A DNA stretch of 64,000 nucleotides. Source: an uncultured bacterium (lineage in GTDB: Bacteria; Auribacterota; JABMQX01; JAFGEW01). Shown in pieces: positions 19,407 to 36,553 of the stretch. The notes below the pieces were generated by a model that ran no database searches, had not been told where the DNA came from, and saw only the letters and a program-made list of their open reading frames with translations. The DNA lies in assembly GCA_965369835.1 (NCBI GenBank), contig CBDUSE010000002.1:1346-65345 (forward strand), in the 5' to 3' direction. The position numbers and the translations under genes are program-made. Every line of letters begins with the position of its first letter. Position 1 is the stretch's first letter.

Positions 19407-20049
19407 GAGCCGACTCCTTCTTCGCGGGCAGCTTCTCGCCCTTGAAAACCCACACCTTGACGCCGATCGTGCCGTACGTGGTCCGCGCCTCGGCAAACCC
19501 GTAATCAATATCCGCCCGCAGCGTGTGCAGCGGGATCTTGCCCTCCTTGGCGTGCTCGGTGCGCGACATCTCGTGCCCGCCGAGCCGCCCGGCGACGGAG
19601 ACTTTGATGCCCTGCGCGCCGAAATCCATCGCCATGCCGATCGCCTTCTTCATGGCGCGCCGGAACGAGATCCGGTGCTCGAGCTGCAACGCAATGTTCT
19701 CGGCCACCAGTTGCGCCTCGAGCTCCGGTCGCTTGATCTCGCTCACGTCGAGGTAGACTTCCTTGCCCGTCATGTCGGAGAGCGCCTCCTTGAGGCGGTC
19801 AATCTCCTGGCCCTTGCGCCCGATGACAATGCCCGGACGCGAGGTGCGCAGCTTGACGATGACGCGGCTGCCCCGCTCGATTACGACTTCCGGGATACCG
19901 GCCGAGGGCAGGTGCTCGCGGATGAAGGCGCGGATCATAATGTCCTCGTGGACCAAGTCGCCGAATTCGCGCTTGGGCGCGTACCACACCGACCGCCAGT
20001 CCTTGTTGACGGTCACCCTGAACCCGATCGGGTTTACTTTCTGTCCCAT
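19381..20049 (-). CDS. rpsC: 30S ribosomal protein S3
   Basis: [12 protein letters not shown] ... KH domain ... [12 protein letters not shown]. Confidence 0.9.
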   Translation of the reverse strand: MGQKVNPIGFRVTVNKDWRSVWYAPKREFGDLVHEDIMIRAFIREHLPSAGIPEVVIERGSRVIVKLRTSRPGIVIGRKGQEIDRLKEALSDMTGKEVYLDVSEIKRPELEAQLVAENIALQLEHRISFRRAMKKAIGMAMDFGAQGIKVSVAGRLGGHEMSRTEHAKEGKIPLHTLRADIDYGFAEARTTYGTIGVKVWVFKGEKLPAKKESAHGAHAKAR

Positions 20050-20079
20050 GCAACACCTCCGTACCGCCCGCGCGGCGCG

Positions 20080-20415
20080 CTAGGCTTCCTCGACCACCAC
20101 GGTGATATGACTCGTGCGCCGCCGAATGATGTTGATCGCGCCCCGACACCGGGTGCGCCGGCCTTTCCAAGTGATGCCCTCATCAACGATGGCGTCCTTG
20201 ACGATCAGCGCCGACCGGTCGAGCTTCGCGTTGTTCTCCGCGTTGGAGATCGCCGATTTGAGCACCCGGGCCACAAGCCGCGCGGCCTTGGACTTGACGA
20301 ACTGCATCCTCGCGAGCGCCGCCTCGGCGTTCTGCCGGCGGATGAGCGCGACAACGCGCCTCGCCTTGCGAGGCGGGACCCGCACGTACTTGGCTACCGC
20401 TTTGACCTCGGTCAT
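20080..20415 (-). CDS. rplV: 50S ribosomal protein L22
   Basis: [21 protein letters not shown] is the canonical L22. Confidence 0.9.
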   Translation of the reverse strand: MTEVKAVAKYVRVPPRKARRVVALIRRQNAEAALARMQFVKSKAARLVARVLKSAISNAENNAKLDRSALIVKDAIVDEGITWKGRRTRCRGAINIIRRRTSHITVVVEEA

Positions 20416-20433
20416 GGACCAGGCGCTCCCCTG

Positions 20434-20697
20434 TTACTTCTGCCCGGCGTGCTTGCGAAACGTGCGCGTCGGCGCGAACTCGCCGAGCTTGTGCCCGACC
20501 ATGTTCTCGCTCACAAACACCGGCAGGTGCTTCCGCCCGTTGTGGACGGCGAACGTGTGGCCGACGAACTCCGGTACGATCATCGAGCGGCGCGACCACG
20601 TAGTGATCGTGCGCCGCTCGCCGGCGGCCTCCATCCGCTGCACCTTCTTGAGCAGCTTCGGGTCCACGTACGGTCCCTTCTTGATCGAACGCGACAT
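20434..20697 (-). CDS. rpsS: 30S ribosomal protein S19
   Basis: [19 protein letters not shown] ... [17 protein letters not shown]. Confidence 0.9.
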   Translation of the reverse strand: MSRSIKKGPYVDPKLLKKVQRMEAAGERRTITTWSRRSMIVPEFVGHTFAVHNGRKHLPVFVSENMVGHKLGEFAPTRTFRKHAGQK

Positions 20698-20708
20698 CTT
20701 CTCTGCCT

Positions 20709-21539
20709 CTATCGCTTCGCCGTTCGCGGCTTGACAATGTGCTTGGTTGACTTACGCCGCTTGCGCGTCCGGTAGCCCTTGGCGAGCTGGCCCCACGGCG
20801 AGCATGGGTGCCGGCCGCCGCTCGAGCGGCCCTCGCCGCCGCCCATCGGGTGGTCTACCGGGTTCATGGCGACGCCGCGCACGTGCGGCCGCTTGCCGAG
20901 CCAGCGCTTGCGCCCCGCCTTGCCGAGCGATTTCGACTCGTGCTCGGCGTTGCCCACCTGGCCGACGACGGCGCGGCACTCGACGCGCACGCGCCGGACC
21001 TCGCCCGACGGCAGCCTCAAGTGCGCGTACTTGCCCTCGCGCGCCAGAAGGTCGGCCCCCAGGCCGGCGCTGCGCACCAGCTTGGCGCCCTGACCCGGCC
21101 TGAGCTCGACGTTGTGCACCGTGGTGCCGAGCGGCATCGCGCTAAGCGGCATGCAGTTGCCGGCCTTCGTCTCGACCTCCTCGCCACTCACGACTGTGTC
21201 GCCCACACCGAGCCCTTGCGGCGCGATGATGTAGCGTTTCTCGCCGTCCTCGTACTTGAGGAGCGCGATGTTGGCCGTGCGGTTGGGGTCGTACTCGATC
21301 GCCTCGACTACCGCGGGCACGCCGTCCTTGTTGCGCCGGAAATCAATCCGCCGGTACAGCCGCTTGTGACCGCCGCCACGGAACCGCACCGTGATGCGCC
21401 CGTTCGAGTTGCGGCCGCCGGTCCTCTTGAGCGACTCGGTCAGGCTCTTCTCGGGCCGCTTCCGGGTGAGCCCCTTCGAGTCGAGCGTTACGGTGGACCG
21501 CAATGACGGGGTCACCGGCTTATGTTTCCTCACGCCCAT
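20709..21539 (-). CDS. rplB: 50S ribosomal protein L2
   Basis: [14 protein letters not shown] ... GGGHKRLYR ... [26 protein letters not shown]. Confidence 0.95.
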   Translation of the reverse strand: MGVRKHKPVTPSLRSTVTLDSKGLTRKRPEKSLTESLKRTGGRNSNGRITVRFRGGGHKRLYRRIDFRRNKDGVPAVVEAIEYDPNRTANIALLKYEDGEKRYIIAPQGLGVGDTVVSGEEVETKAGNCMPLSAMPLGTTVHNVELRPGQGAKLVRSAGLGADLLAREGKYAHLRLPSGEVRRVRVECRAVVGQVGNAEHESKSLGKAGRKRWLGKRPHVRGVAMNPVDHPMGGGEGRSSGGRHPCSPWGQLAKGYRTRKRRKSTKHIVKPRTAKR

Positions 21540-21555
21540 TGGTCGCGCTGTGCTC

Positions 21556-21840
21556 CTAGACGAACTCGATGGTGTGGCCTTCCTTCAACGTGACTACAGC
21601 CTTCTTCCAGTCCGGCGTGTAGCCGACTTTGCGGCGCAACTGCTTACGCTTGCCACTCATCCGCATCGTGTTGACGTTGGTCACCTTCACCTTGTAGAGC
21701 TTCTCGATGGCTCGCTTGATCTCGATCTTGTTGGCGTCGAGCGCCACCTTGAAAAAATACTGATTGTGCTTCTCGCCGAGGTCCGAGCCCTTCTCGCTGA
21801 GCAGCGGCTCGCGCACGATCGTGTACTCGCTCTTCCTCAT
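21556..21840 (-). CDS. rplW: 50S ribosomal protein L23 (94 aa). Only the C-terminal part of the 329-aa track ORF is L23
   Basis: [20 protein letters not shown]...[24 protein letters not shown] overlap with the rplD stop at 21837-21840. Confidence 0.9.
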   Translation of the reverse strand: MRKSEYTIVREPLLSEKGSDLGEKHNQYFFKVALDANKIEIKRAIEKLYKVKVTNVNTMRMSGKRKQLRRKVGYTPDWKKAVVTLKEGHTIEFV

Positions 21841-22484
21841 GCCGCGCCTTCCTCGGCCGGCGCCGCGAGCCCCATCGGCTCGAGGCCGTCGCGAGTCACC
21901 ACCACCATGCCGGCCCGGAGCACGTCCATGGCGCTCACGTTCCGGGCCGCTTTGAGCGACAGGTTCGGAATGTTGCGCGCCGCAAGCCGCACGTTCTCGC
22001 CGACGTCCCCGGCCACGAGCAGCACCTTGCCGTCGAGCTTGAGCGACTTCATAAGCGCCGCCATGAGCCGGGTGCGCGGCTCGGCGATCTCGAGCGTCTC
22101 GAGCACGACGAGCTTTTCGGCGCGCACCTTGTCCGCGAGCGCGGTCTCGAGCGCCAAGCGCCTCACCTTCTTCGGCAGGTTCACGCGCACGCTCTTGCCC
22201 TTCGGCTTCGGGCCGTGGATCGTCCCGCCGCCACGGAACAACGGCGACTTGAGCGTGCCGGTCCGCGCCCGGCCGGTCCCCTTCTGACGCCACGGCTTGC
22301 GCGTCGAGCCGGTGACTTGGCTGCGATCGCGCGTGTTGGCCGACCACTGCCTCCGGTTCGCCTGCACTGCGACGACGTAGTCGCGGATCACCTGCGGGTG
22401 AGGCTCGCGTGCGGCGATCCGCTCGGCAATCGTCACCTCGCCGACCGCTTTGCCCTTTTCGTTGTAAACCGGCACCTGTGCCAC
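21837..22484 (-). CDS. rplD: 50S ribosomal protein L4. Probable GTG start at 22484, because the track ORF start at 22535 overlaps rplC
   Basis: VPVYNEKGKAVGEVTIAE ... QKGTGRARTG ... RGGGTIHGPKP signature. Confidence 0.85.
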   Translation of the reverse strand: MAQVPVYNEKGKAVGEVTIAERIAAREPHPQVIRDYVVAVQANRRQWSANTRDRSQVTGSTRKPWRQKGTGRARTGTLKSPLFRGGGTIHGPKPKGKSVRVNLPKKVRRLALETALADKVRAEKLVVLETLEIAEPRTRLMAALMKSLKLDGKVLLVAGDVGENVRLAARNIPNLSLKAARNVSAMDVLRAGMVVVTRDGLEPMGLAAPAEEGAA

Positions 22485-22498
22485 GGTTCTTCCCAAAA

Positions 22499-23140
22499 CT
22501 ACTTCTTGGTTGAATGCTTCTTGAGCGCCTGGCACACGGTGACAATCCCGTTGGTCGGGCCCGGGACCGCGCCCTCGATCAGGAGCTGGTTCTCGTCGGG
22601 GCGCACGGTCACGATGCGCAGGCTCTGGACCGTCACCTTCCGGGCCCCCATGTGGCCGGGCATCCGGGTGCCCTTGATCACGCGCGACGGGGTGGCCGAC
22701 TGGCCCGTCGAGCCGTGCTGGCGCTGGGTCCGGCCACCGTGGCTCTCGGGCGAGCGGCGCATCCCGTGCCGTTTGATCCCGCCGGCGAAGCCGCGGCCCT
22801 TGGAAACGCCCTGCACATCAACGAAATCACCCGGCTTGAAGAGCTCGCCGACCTTGAGCTCCTGACCAACTGTGTAGGCGCTCGCGTCTTCGACCCGGCT
22901 CTCGTGCAGCATGCGTTTTGGCGTCACGCCGGCCTTCTTGAAGTGCCCGCGCAGCGGCTTAGTCGTGACGCGCTCCCTCTTGTCGAGGAACCCGATCTGG
23001 ATCGCGTCATACCCGTCGCTCTCGGTGGTCTTAACCTGGGTGACCACACACGGGCCGGCCTCGAGCACGGTCACGCCGACGGCATGGCCGCGCTCGTCGA
23101 AGAGCTGCAGCATCCCGAGTTTTCGTCCTAACAGGTTCAT
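22499..23140 (-). CDS. rplC: 50S ribosomal protein L3. The likely start is ATG at 23140 (MNLLGRKLGMLQLF), preceded by AAGAAGG
   Basis: Canonical L3 N-terminus and GVSKGRGFAGGIKRHGM motif. The track ORF start at 23203 adds 21 non-conserved codons. Confidence 0.9.
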   Translation of the reverse strand: MNLLGRKLGMLQLFDERGHAVGVTVLEAGPCVVTQVKTTESDGYDAIQIGFLDKRERVTTKPLRGHFKKAGVTPKRMLHESRVEDASAYTVGQELKVGELFKPGDFVDVQGVSKGRGFAGGIKRHGMRRSPESHGGRTQRQHGSTGQSATPSRVIKGTRMPGHMGARKVTVQSLRIVTVRPDENQLLIEGAVPGPTNGIVTVCQALKKHSTKK

Positions 23141-23284
23141 CGCCACCTTCTTATGCTCCGCACAGCGCCTCACCGGGCCTCCCAGACGGCCCGAGAGACG
23201 CAAAACCTGAAAAATAGTCTAATTGAGCCCTCTTCGTCAAGATTGAATCTTTGACAACGCACCTTTTTCGCGCCCGCCGCCCTC

Positions 23285-23596
23285 CTAGACCAGCTTCACG
23301 TTGATGTGCACGCCGCCCGGAAGATTCAGCTTCTTCAGTTCGTCCACCGTCTTGGCCGTCGGGCTCAGGATGTCGAGCAGCCGCTTGTGCGTACGGATCT
23401 CGAACTGCTCACGCGACTTCTTGTCCACGTGAGGCGACCGTAGCACCGTGTAGCGCTCCTTGCGCGTCGGCATCGGGATCGGCCCCGTCACCGAAGCGCC
23501 CGTGCGCTTGGCCGTCTCGACGATCTCCTCGGCCCAATAGTCGAGGATCCGGTGATCGAACGCCTTGAGGCGTATGCGAATCCGTTGCCCTTCCAA
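23285..23596 (-). CDS. rpsJ: 30S ribosomal protein S10
   Basis: [16 protein letters not shown] ... TGPIPMPT ... HKRLLDI. Confidence 0.9.
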   Translation of the reverse strand: MEGQRIRIRLKAFDHRILDYWAEEIVETAKRTGASVTGPIPMPTRKERYTVLRSPHVDKKSREQFEIRTHKRLLDILSPTAKTVDELKKLNLPGGVHINVKLV

Positions 23597-23660
23597 TGTC
23601 GTCCTCTCTCTGCTTCGTGCTTTCGTCTCTCCGACAGGTCTCCGAACGCTCGAGCCGAGG

Positions 23661-24866
<1,206 letters not shown>

Positions 24867-24933
24867 GACGCGCTCAGAGCCTCCTGCCCTCGGTCTCCTC
24901 GCATTTCTTTCATTCTCTTCGGATCTGTATCGT

Positions 24934-27027
24934 CTAGCCGATGATCCGCTGCTGGATCTCCGGCGGCACGACCTCGAACCGTACCGGCTCCATCGAATAG
25001 GCGGCGCGCCCCTTGGTGAGCGAGCGGATCGCCGTCGAGTAGCCGAACAGCTCGACGAGCGGCGCCTCGGCATGCACGATGTGCGTGTTCTGGTGCCGAT
25101 CAATGCTGCGCACCTTGCCCCGGCGGGTCTTGAGGTCGGCAATGATCTCGCCGACGTGCTCCTCGGGCATGGTTACGTCGAGGCGCATCACGGGCTCGAG
25201 CAGCACGGGTTCGGCATGGCGCATGGCGTCCCAAAATGCGTGGCCGGCCGCGATCTCGTAGGCGAGCGCGGAGGCGTCCACCTCGTGTGTGGACCCCCCA
25301 ATGAGCCGCACCCGCACGTCCACGACCGTGGCCCCACCGAGCGACCCGCTGGCGAGACTGTCGCGGATGCTCTTCTCGATCGCGGTGATGAACTCCTTCG
25401 GAATCTCGCCGCCCGTGACGGCGTTCTCGAACTCGAAGCCGCCGCCGCGCTCGAGCGGCTCGACCTCTAGGATGACATGCCCGTACTGGCCCCTGCCCCC
25501 CGTTTGCTTGATGCATTTGCCCTCGCCGCGGTGCGACCGGGTGACGGTCTCGCGATAGGCCACCTGCGGCCGGCCGACGTTGGCGTGCACCTTGAACTCG
25601 CGCAGCATCCGGTCCTTGAGCACCTCGAGGTGCAGCTCGCCCATGCCGGAGATGATCAGTTGGCCGGTCTCCTTGTCCACGTACGTGACGAAGGTGGGAT
25701 CCTCGTCGCGCAGGCGCCGGAGCGTCTCGTTGAGCTTCTCGCGGTCGGCCTTGGTTTTCGGCTCGATCGCCACGGAGATCACCGGCTCGGGAAACGTGAT
25801 CGGCTCGAGCCGGAGCGGATGCTTCTGGTCGCACAGCGTGTCGCCGGTGTGCGAGGCGCGCAGACCGACGACGGCGGCGATCTCGCCGGCGCTCAACGCC
25901 TCGCGCTCCTCGCTGCTGTTGGCGTGCATCCTGAGGATGCGCAAGAGCCGCTCGCGCTTGCCGGTGTTGGCGTTGAGCACGGTCGTACCCTTGGCGGCGC
26001 GGCCCGAGTAGACGCGCACGTACGCGAGGCGTCCGACATAGCTGTCGCTCTGGACCTTGAAGACGAGGGCCGCAAACGGCTCCTCGACGTCGGCACGGCG
26101 GTGTTCCTCGCCGCCGCTCTTGGGATGCTCGCCGAACACGGACGGCACGTCGAGCGGCGACGGCAGGTAGCAGGTCACGGCGTCGAGCAGCGGCTGGATC
26201 CCCTTGTTCTTGAGCGCCGAGCCGCACAGCACCGGGTAGAGCTTGGTGGCCACGGTGAGCCGGCGCACCGCGGCGCGCACGTCCTCGGCGGTAAAGGAGT
26301 GGGCCAGGAACTGCTCGAGAAACGTCTCGTCGTGCTCGGCGAGGTGCTCGAGCAGCCACGCGCGGTGATGCTCCGCCTCCTCGACGAGCTCGGCGGGCAC
26401 CTCGATCTCGTCGAAGCGTTCGCCCTGATTCTCCTCTTGCCAGACGGTGCCCTTCATCTCGATGAGATCCACGACCCCCCGAAAGGAGTCCTCAACGCCG
26501 ATCGGGATCTGGATCGCGACGGCCTCGGCGCCGAGCCGCGTGCGCAACTGTTCAATGGCGCGTTCGAAGTCCGCGCCGACGCGGTCCATCTTGTTGACTA
26601 AGACGATGCGTGGGACGTGGTAGCGGTCGGCCTGGCGCCAGACGGTCTCGGACTGAGGCTCGACGCCGCCGACGGCGCATAGCACGGTGATGGCGCCATC
26701 GAGCACGCGGAGCGACCGCTCGACCTCGGCGGTGAAATCTACGTGGCCGGGCGTGTCAATAATGTTGATCCGGTGGTCGCGCCAGTAGCAGGTGGTGGCG
26801 GCGGCGGTGATAGTGATGCCTCGCTCCTTCTCCTGAGGCATCCAGTCCATCGCCGTCGTGCCCTCGTCCACCTCGCCAAGCCGGTAGAGCTTGCCGGTGT
26901 AGAAGAGGATCCGCTCGGTCGTGGTGGTCTTGCCCGCGTCAATATGGGCAGCAATCCCGATATTGCGCGTCCTCTCTAGGGCCACCTCCGACGACACCTT
27001 GACCACTCCTCTATTCGCCTGCACCAT
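24934..27027 (-). CDS. fusA: Elongation factor G
   Basis: [23 protein letters not shown]1 motif and a 697-aa five-domain EF-G. Confidence 0.95.
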   Translation of the reverse strand: MVQANRGVVKVSSEVALERTRNIGIAAHIDAGKTTTTERILFYTGKLYRLGEVDEGTTAMDWMPQEKERGITITAAATTCYWRDHRINIIDTPGHVDFTAEVERSLRVLDGAITVLCAVGGVEPQSETVWRQADRYHVPRIVLVNKMDRVGADFERAIEQLRTRLGAEAVAIQIPIGVEDSFRGVVDLIEMKGTVWQEENQGERFDEIEVPAELVEEAEHHRAWLLEHLAEHDETFLEQFLAHSFTAEDVRAAVRRLTVATKLYPVLCGSALKNKGIQPLLDAVTCYLPSPLDVPSVFGEHPKSGGEEHRRADVEEPFAALVFKVQSDSYVGRLAYVRVYSGRAAKGTTVLNANTGKRERLLRILRMHANSSEEREALSAGEIAAVVGLRASHTGDTLCDQKHPLRLEPITFPEPVISVAIEPKTKADREKLNETLRRLRDEDPTFVTYVDKETGQLIISGMGELHLEVLKDRMLREFKVHANVGRPQVAYRETVTRSHRGEGKCIKQTGGRGQYGHVILEVEPLERGGGFEFENAVTGGEIPKEFITAIEKSIRDSLASGSLGGATVVDVRVRLIGGSTHEVDASALAYEIAAGHAFWDAMRHAEPVLLEPVMRLDVTMPEEHVGEIIADLKTRRGKVRSIDRHQNTHIVHAEAPLVELFGYSTAIRSLTKGRAAYSMEPVRFEVVPPEIQQRIIG

Positions 27028-27100
27028 TTCGACTCGTTATGCTGTTCTGTGGCGTTGCCTCTCGTGCCTGTGGCTGCCACTGCCAACGGCAGCGGACTCC

Positions 27101-27577
27101 CTACCAGCGGTAGTGTGCGAAGGCCTTGTTGGCCTCGGCCATCTTGTGCGTGTCCTCGCGCCGCTTGACCGCCGAGCCCTGGCCGTTGTAAGCGTCCATC
27201 AGCTCGCCCGCGAGCGCAGGCGCCATCGGCATGCCCTTGCGGGCGCGGGCGAACTCGATGAGCCAGCGTATCGCAAGGGCGATCTGCCGGTGCGTCGGCA
27301 CCTCGATCGGGATCTGATAGGTGGCGCCGCCGATCCGGCGCGACTTGACGGCGAGCAACGGCCTGACGTTGTCTATCGCCTTCTCGAGCACAGCCACCTG
27401 GTCCGACTCGCCAAGCTTGTGCGAGGCCGTCTCGATCGCCTCGTAGAAGATGCGCTCGGCAATGCTCTTCTTGCCTTGGATCATCACCTTGTTAATGAAC
27501 CGCTGGATCAGCTCGCTGCCGAAGCGGGAATCCTGCGGGATCTCTCGTTTGAGGCCGACTCGCTTGCGTCTCGGCAT
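27101..27577 (-). CDS. rpsG: 30S ribosomal protein S7. Start at ATG 27577 (MPRRKRV...)
   Basis: Canonical S7 core (KFINKVMIQGKKSIAERIFY). The longer track ORF start overlaps rpsL. Confidence 0.9.
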   Translation of the reverse strand: MPRRKRVGLKREIPQDSRFGSELIQRFINKVMIQGKKSIAERIFYEAIETASHKLGESDQVAVLEKAIDNVRPLLAVKSRRIGGATYQIPIEVPTHRQIALAIRWLIEFARARKGMPMAPALAGELMDAYNGQGSAVKRREDTHKMAEANKAFAHYRW

Positions 27578-27587
27578 GGCGGCTCTC

Positions 27588-27962
27588 CTACTGCTTCGGC
27601 CGCTTGGCGCCGTACTTGGAACGCCCGCGGCGCCGCCCGTCAACGCCGAGCGCATCGAGCGCGCCGCGCACGATGTGATAGCGCACGCCCGGCAGGTCCT
27701 TGACGCGGCCGCCGCGCACGAGCACCATCGAGTGCTCCTGCAGGTTGTGTCCCTCTCCCGGGATGTAGGCGGAAACCTCCACGCCGTTCGAGAGCCTGAC
27801 GCGCGCGACCTTGCGCAGCGCCGAGTTCGGCTTCTTCGGCGTCTGGGTCTTGACCAGGAGGCAGACCCCGCGCCGCTGCGGGCAGCGCTGGAGCGCAGGC
27901 GCCTTGGTCTTGTGATGCTTGGGCCTCCGACCCTTGCGAATCAACTGATTGATTGTCGGCAT
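27588..27962 (-). CDS. rpsL: 30S ribosomal protein S12. Start at ATG 27962 ([12 protein letters not shown])
   Basis: [11 protein letters not shown] ... [19 protein letters not shown] is the canonical S12. Confidence 0.9.
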   Translation of the reverse strand: MPTINQLIRKGRRPKHHKTKAPALQRCPQRRGVCLLVKTQTPKKPNSALRKVARVRLSNGVEVSAYIPGEGHNLQEHSMVLVRGGRVKDLPGVRYHIVRGALDALGVDGRRRGRSKYGAKRPKQ

Positions 27963-28051
27963 TGAGTTCTCGTCCTCTCGCTTGAGCCCCTGTCCCGAAG
28001 AACAGGGACGGCATTGTGTGCCCTGCTTCACAGACCCATTCGTAGGCCCGC

Positions 28052-32164
<4,113 letters not shown>

Positions 32165-32183
32165 CGGTCTGTCTCCTTTCCCC

Positions 32184-35100
32184 TCAGGCGCGCTCGGCCC
32201 GAACGTCCAGGCATAGTGATTGCATTTCCTTGATGAGCACGTTGAAGCTCTCGGGCGTGCCCGGCTCGAACATGTGCTCGCCCTTGACGATCGATTCGTA
32301 GATGCGCGTGCGCCCGGCCACGTCGTCGCTCTTGACCGTCAGCAGCTCCTGCAGGCAGTAAGCGGCGCCGTAGGCTTCGAGCGCCCAAACCTCCATCTCG
32401 CCGAAGCGCTGGCCGCCCATCTGCGCCTTGCCGCCCAGCGGCTGCTGGGTCACGAGCGAGTACGGGCCGATCGCGCGCGCGTGGATCTTGTCGGCCACCA
32501 GGTGGCTCAGTTTCATCATGTAGATCTGACCGACGACGACCTCCTGGGCAAACGGCTCACCGGTGCGCCCGTCGCAAAGCGTGATCTTGCCGTTCTCGGG
32601 AAGCTCGGCTTTCTTCAAGAGCTTCTTGATCTCGTCTTCTTTCATCCCGTCGAACACCGGGGTCGCCACGTAGAGGCCGAGCGCCTTGGCCGCCCACCCC
32701 AGATGCGTCTCGAGCACCTGGCCGATGTTCATGCGCGAGGGGACCCCGAGCGGGTTGAGCACCATGTCCACGGGCGTCCCGTCGGGCAGAAACGGCATCT
32801 CCTCATCGGACATGATCTTGGCGATGACGCCCTTGTTGCCGTGGCGGCCGGCCATCTTGTCGCCGACCTGCAGCTTGCGCTTGCTCGCCACGTAGACCTT
32901 CACCTGCTTGATGACGCCCGGGTCGAGCTCGTCGCCGCGCTTGACCTTCTCGATCTCGCGGCTCTGGCGCATCTCGAGCTCCTCGACGCCCTGGCGATGC
33001 TCCATGAACATCTCCTTGATCTCGACGGTGACCTCGGTGTCCGGCATGAAGTAGCTCTCGAGGTCTTTCTCGCTGAGCTGGGTGAGCATCTGGCGGGTGA
33101 TCTTCTTGCGCGGGGGAATCACCACCTCGCCGGTCTGCACGTCAATGATCTGCACGTCGAGCTTCTCACCGAGCAGGAGGCCCGAGAGCTGCTCGAGGAA
33201 GTCCTTGTTCAGCTTGACGAGCCGCTCGCGGTACTCGGCCTCGATCTCCTCGATCTGCTCTTTCTCCTCGAGCTTCTCTTCCTCGGTCGCCTCGAAGCTG
33301 TCCTTGCGCGAAAAGACGCGCACGTCGAGCACGATCCCCTCGGTGCCGCTCGGCACCGTGAGCGAGGCGTCGCGCACGTCGGCGGCCTTCTCGCCGAAGA
33401 TGGCGCGCAGCAGCCGCTCCTCGGGGGTGAGCTCGGTCTCGCTCTTCGGGGTAATCTTGCCGACAAGGATGTCGCCGGGCCGCACCTCGGCGCCGACGCG
33501 GATGATCCCGTCCTCGTTGAGGTTGCGGAGCGCGTCCTCGCCCACGTTGGGAATGTCGCGCGTAATCTCCTCGCGGCCGAGCTTGGTGTCGCGGGCGCCG
33601 ATCTCGAACTCCTCGATGTGGATCGAGGTGTAGAGGTCCTCCTTGACGAGTCGCTCGCTTACGAGGATCGCGTCCTCAAAGTTGTAACCACACCACGCCA
33701 TGAATGCCACGAGTACGCTGCGGCCGAGCGCGAGCTCGCCGCCGTAGGTGCTTGGCCCGTCGGCGAGCACGTCACCCGCCTTGACCTTGTCGCCCCTCGA
33801 GACGATCGGCCGCTGGTTGACGCAGGTGCCGGCGTTCGACCGCATGTACTTGCGCAGCGTGCACTCCCAGTGGTCGTCGCGCCACTTGCAGGCGCCCTCA
33901 TCCGGGCGTTTGTGCTCCCGGGCCTCCTTCTTGCCCGCCGGTTTGAGCCAGATCGTGTCGCCGTCCACGTAGGTGATCCGCCCGCTCTCCGGCGCCTGCA
34001 GCATTACGCCGGAGTCGCGAGCGGCGCGCGCCTCGAGGCCGGTCCCGACGAGCGTTGGCTCAGTCGTGAGCAGCGGCACCGCCTGGCGCTGCATGTTCGA
34101 GCCCATCAGCGCGCGGTTCGCGTCGTCGTGCTCGAGGAACGGGATGAGGCCGGAGACGACGCTCACGATCTGGCGCGGCGAGACGTCCACGAAGTCCAAC
34201 TTCTCCGGCGGCACCCGCTTGAAGTCGCCGTACTCGTAGGCCGAGACGAGCTTGCCTGTGATCCGCCGATAGCGGTCCACGGGCACGTTCGCCTCGGCAA
34301 TGATGTACCGTTCCTCCTCGTCCGCCGCCAAGTAGACGGGCTCGTCGATGATCTTGCCCTGCTTGACGCGCAGGTAGGGGGTGACGATGAAGCCGTACTC
34401 GTTGATCTTTGCGTAGGTCGCGAGCGACGAGATCAGACCGATATTCGGCCCCTCGGGCGTCTCGATCGGGCAAATGCGGCCGTAGTGGCTCGGATGCACA
34501 TCGCGCACCTCGAACCCGGCGCGCTCGCGGCTCAGGCCGCCGGGACCGAGCGCGCTCAGGCGCCGCTTGTGCGTCAGCTCGGCCACCGGGTTGGTCTGGT
34601 CCATGAACTGCGAAAGCTGGCTGCGGCCGAAGAAGTCGCGGATCACGCCACTCAGCCCCTTCGGGTTGACGAGCTTGTGCGGGGCGACCGCCTCGGCCTG
34701 CATGTCGAACAGGTTCATCCGCTCCTTGCTGATCTTCTCCATGCGCGCCAGCCCGATGCGGCACTGGTTCTCGAGTAGCTCGCCCACCGAGCGTACGCGG
34801 CGATTGCCGAGATGGTCAATGTCATCAACCGCGAAGCCCTCCTCGCCCAGGTGCAGCCCGATGAGGTACTTGAGCGCGTAAACCACGTCCTCTTTGTGCA
34901 GCGTGAGCGCTTCCTCGTCGCCCTCGGGCGGCGGCGCCCCGTCGTTGAGGTCGAGCTTCTTGTTGATCTTGAAGCGGCCCACGCGCCCGAGGTTGTAGCG
35001 CTTCGGGTCGAAGAAGAGCCGCTTGATCATGGCGCGGGCGTTGGGGATCGTGGTCGGGTCGCCCGGGCGCAGCTTTTTGTAAATATCCTTGAGGGCCGAC

Positions 35101-35984
35101 TCGTAGCTGTCGGTCGGGTCCTTCTCGATCATCTTGATGAGCGGGTGGTCGGCCGTGGCGCCGCGGCAGACGGCGAACTCCTTGATGTCACCCGCCTGGA
35201 GCCGCGCGAGCAGGTTCTTGTCCACCGGGTCGCCCGCCTTGCCGTAGACGATGCCGTCCTCGACCCCGACGATGTTCCTCGCGAGGAACTGGCCGATGAG
35301 CCGCTCCTCCTTCGTGGCCAGAGTGACGTCCCTGGCCTCGAAGAACAGCTCGAGGAGCTCCTCGTTTGTGCCGTAACCGAGCGCCTTGATGAAGGTCGTC
35401 GCAAGAATCTTGCGCCGGCGCCGGCGCCGGTCAATGTAGACGTGCACGAGGTCGTTCGTGTCGAACTCCGCCTCGATCCACGAGCCGCGGTATGGGATGA
35501 CGCGGAACGAGTAGATCGTGTCCCCCTTCGGGTGCTGCTTCGTCTCGAAGCAGATGCCCGGCGAGCGATGGAGCTGACTCACGACGACCCGCTCGGCCCC
35601 GTTGATGACGAAGGTGCCCTGCTCGGTCATGATGGGGATCGTGCCCATGTAGACCGTCTCTTCGCGCACCACCTCGTTTTGTATGAGGCGAAAGGTCACC
35701 TTGAGCGAGACCGCGTAGGTGAGCCCGCGGCGCTGGCACTCGATTGGGTCGTACTTGGGCACGCCGAGCGAGTAGTTGACGAACTCGAGGATGCAGTTGC
35801 CGTCGTAGCTCGCGATCGGGAAGATCTCGTTGAAGACCGCCTGCAGGCCATGGTTCACCCGCTCGTTGGGCGGCACGCTCGCCTGCAGGAAGTCGTCGTA
35901 GCTCTGACGCTGCATCTCGATCAGGTTCGGCAACTCGACGAGTTCTTCGCGCTTACCGAAGCTAATCCGTTCAACCGTTCTCAC
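32184..35984 (-). CDS. rpoB: DNA-directed RNA polymerase beta subunit
   Basis: 1266 aa with conserved beta motifs (GRHGNKGV, rifampicin-cluster region [12 protein letters not shown]). Confidence 0.95.
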   Translation of the reverse strand: MRTVERISFGKREELVELPNLIEMQRQSYDDFLQASVPPNERVNHGLQAVFNEIFPIASYDGNCILEFVNYSLGVPKYDPIECQRRGLTYAVSLKVTFRLIQNEVVREETVYMGTIPIMTEQGTFVINGAERVVVSQLHRSPGICFETKQHPKGDTIYSFRVIPYRGSWIEAEFDTNDLVHVYIDRRRRRRKILATTFIKALGYGTNEELLELFFEARDVTLATKEERLIGQFLARNIVGVEDGIVYGKAGDPVDKNLLARLQAGDIKEFAVCRGATADHPLIKMIEKDPTDSYESALKDIYKKLRPGDPTTIPNARAMIKRLFFDPKRYNLGRVGRFKINKKLDLNDGAPPPEGDEEALTLHKEDVVYALKYLIGLHLGEEGFAVDDIDHLGNRRVRSVGELLENQCRIGLARMEKISKERMNLFDMQAEAVAPHKLVNPKGLSGVIRDFFGRSQLSQFMDQTNPVAELTHKRRLSALGPGGLSRERAGFEVRDVHPSHYGRICPIETPEGPNIGLISSLATYAKINEYGFIVTPYLRVKQGKIIDEPVYLAADEEERYIIAEANVPVDRYRRITGKLVSAYEYGDFKRVPPEKLDFVDVSPRQIVSVVSGLIPFLEHDDANRALMGSNMQRQAVPLLTTEPTLVGTGLEARAARDSGVMLQAPESGRITYVDGDTIWLKPAGKKEAREHKRPDEGACKWRDDHWECTLRKYMRSNAGTCVNQRPIVSRGDKVKAGDVLADGPSTYGGELALGRSVLVAFMAWCGYNFEDAILVSERLVKEDLYTSIHIEEFEIGARDTKLGREEITRDIPNVGEDALRNLNEDGIIRVGAEVRPGDILVGKITPKSETELTPEERLLRAIFGEKAADVRDASLTVPSGTEGIVLDVRVFSRKDSFEATEEEKLEEKEQIEEIEAEYRERLVKLNKDFLEQLSGLLLGEKLDVQIIDVQTGEVVIPPRKKITRQMLTQLSEKDLESYFMPDTEVTVEIKEMFMEHRQGVEELEMRQSREIEKVKRGDELDPGVIKQVKVYVASKRKLQVGDKMAGRHGNKGVIAKIMSDEEMPFLPDGTPVDMVLNPLGVPSRMNIGQVLETHLGWAAKALGLYVATPVFDGMKEDEIKKLLKKAELPENGKITLCDGRTGEPFAQEVVVGQIYMMKLSHLVADKIHARAIGPYSLVTQQPLGGKAQMGGQRFGEMEVWALEAYGAAYCLQELLTVKSDDVAGRTRIYESIVKGEHMFEPGTPESFNVLIKEMQSLCLDVRAERA

Positions 35985-36027
35985 GTTCAGTCATCTCCTG
36001 TGATGCGCGTGGTCAAGCCGTCCGTTT

Positions 36028-36050
36028 TCGCGCGCGAAACTCGCGCGCGA
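36028..36050 (-). promoter_or_regulatory. GC-rich hairpin (9-bp stem, 5-nt loop) in the rplL-rpoB intergenic region. It may be an analogue of the rplL-rpoB attenuator
   Basis: tcgcgcgcg-aaact-cgcgcgcga is perfectly complementary. It is followed on the transcript by AAAAC rather than a U-tract. Confidence 0.35.
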
Positions 36051-36071
36051 GGCGCGGGGCCTCCGTCACAC

Positions 36072-36458
36072 CTACTTGACCTCGACCGTGGCGCCCACCT
36101 CTTCGAGTTTGGCCTTCATGGTCTCGGACTCCTCCTTCGAGACCTTCTCCTTGACCGGGCCGGGCGCGTCGTCCACGACCGCCTTGGCCTCCTTGAGCCC
36201 GAGGCCTGTGAGCTCGCGAACGACCTTGATCACCTGGATCTTCTTGTCGCCCACGGCCGCCAGGACCACGTCGAATTCCGTTTGCTCCTCTTCGACCGCG
36301 GCCTCGCCCCCGGCGCCCATCATCATGCCAGGCGCCATCGCTATCGCCGGCGCCGCGGCGCTCACGCCCCATTTGTCCTCGAGCCGCTTGACGAAGTTCG
36401 ACAGCTCCAGCACGGTCATCGAGTCAACCAGCTCTTCGGCTTGTTCAATCTTATCCAC
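36072..36458 (-). CDS. rplL: 50S ribosomal protein L7/L12
   Basis: NTD dimerisation helix, Ala/Gly/Met hinge and the [22 protein letters not shown]. Confidence 0.9.
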   Translation of the reverse strand: MDKIEQAEELVDSMTVLELSNFVKRLEDKWGVSAAAPAIAMAPGMMMGAGGEAAVEEEQTEFDVVLAAVGDKKIQVIKVVRELTGLGLKEAKAVVDDAPGPVKEKVSKEESETMKAKLEEVGATVEVK

Positions 36459-36553
36459 CGCTTGTCCCTCACTTTACTGCTGGGTTGTTCGCCAGTGATT
36501 ATCCGTCAAACCGCCGGGCGTTCGGGGCGATGAACCGCCGCCGTTCCAGGCGG

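Noticed and set aside
21556-22545. 329-aa minus-strand ORF spanning rplW and most of rplD
   Set aside because: Only the C-terminal 94 aa (L23) is in the genuine frame. The N-terminal 235 aa are an out-of-frame Arg-rich read-through across rplD.
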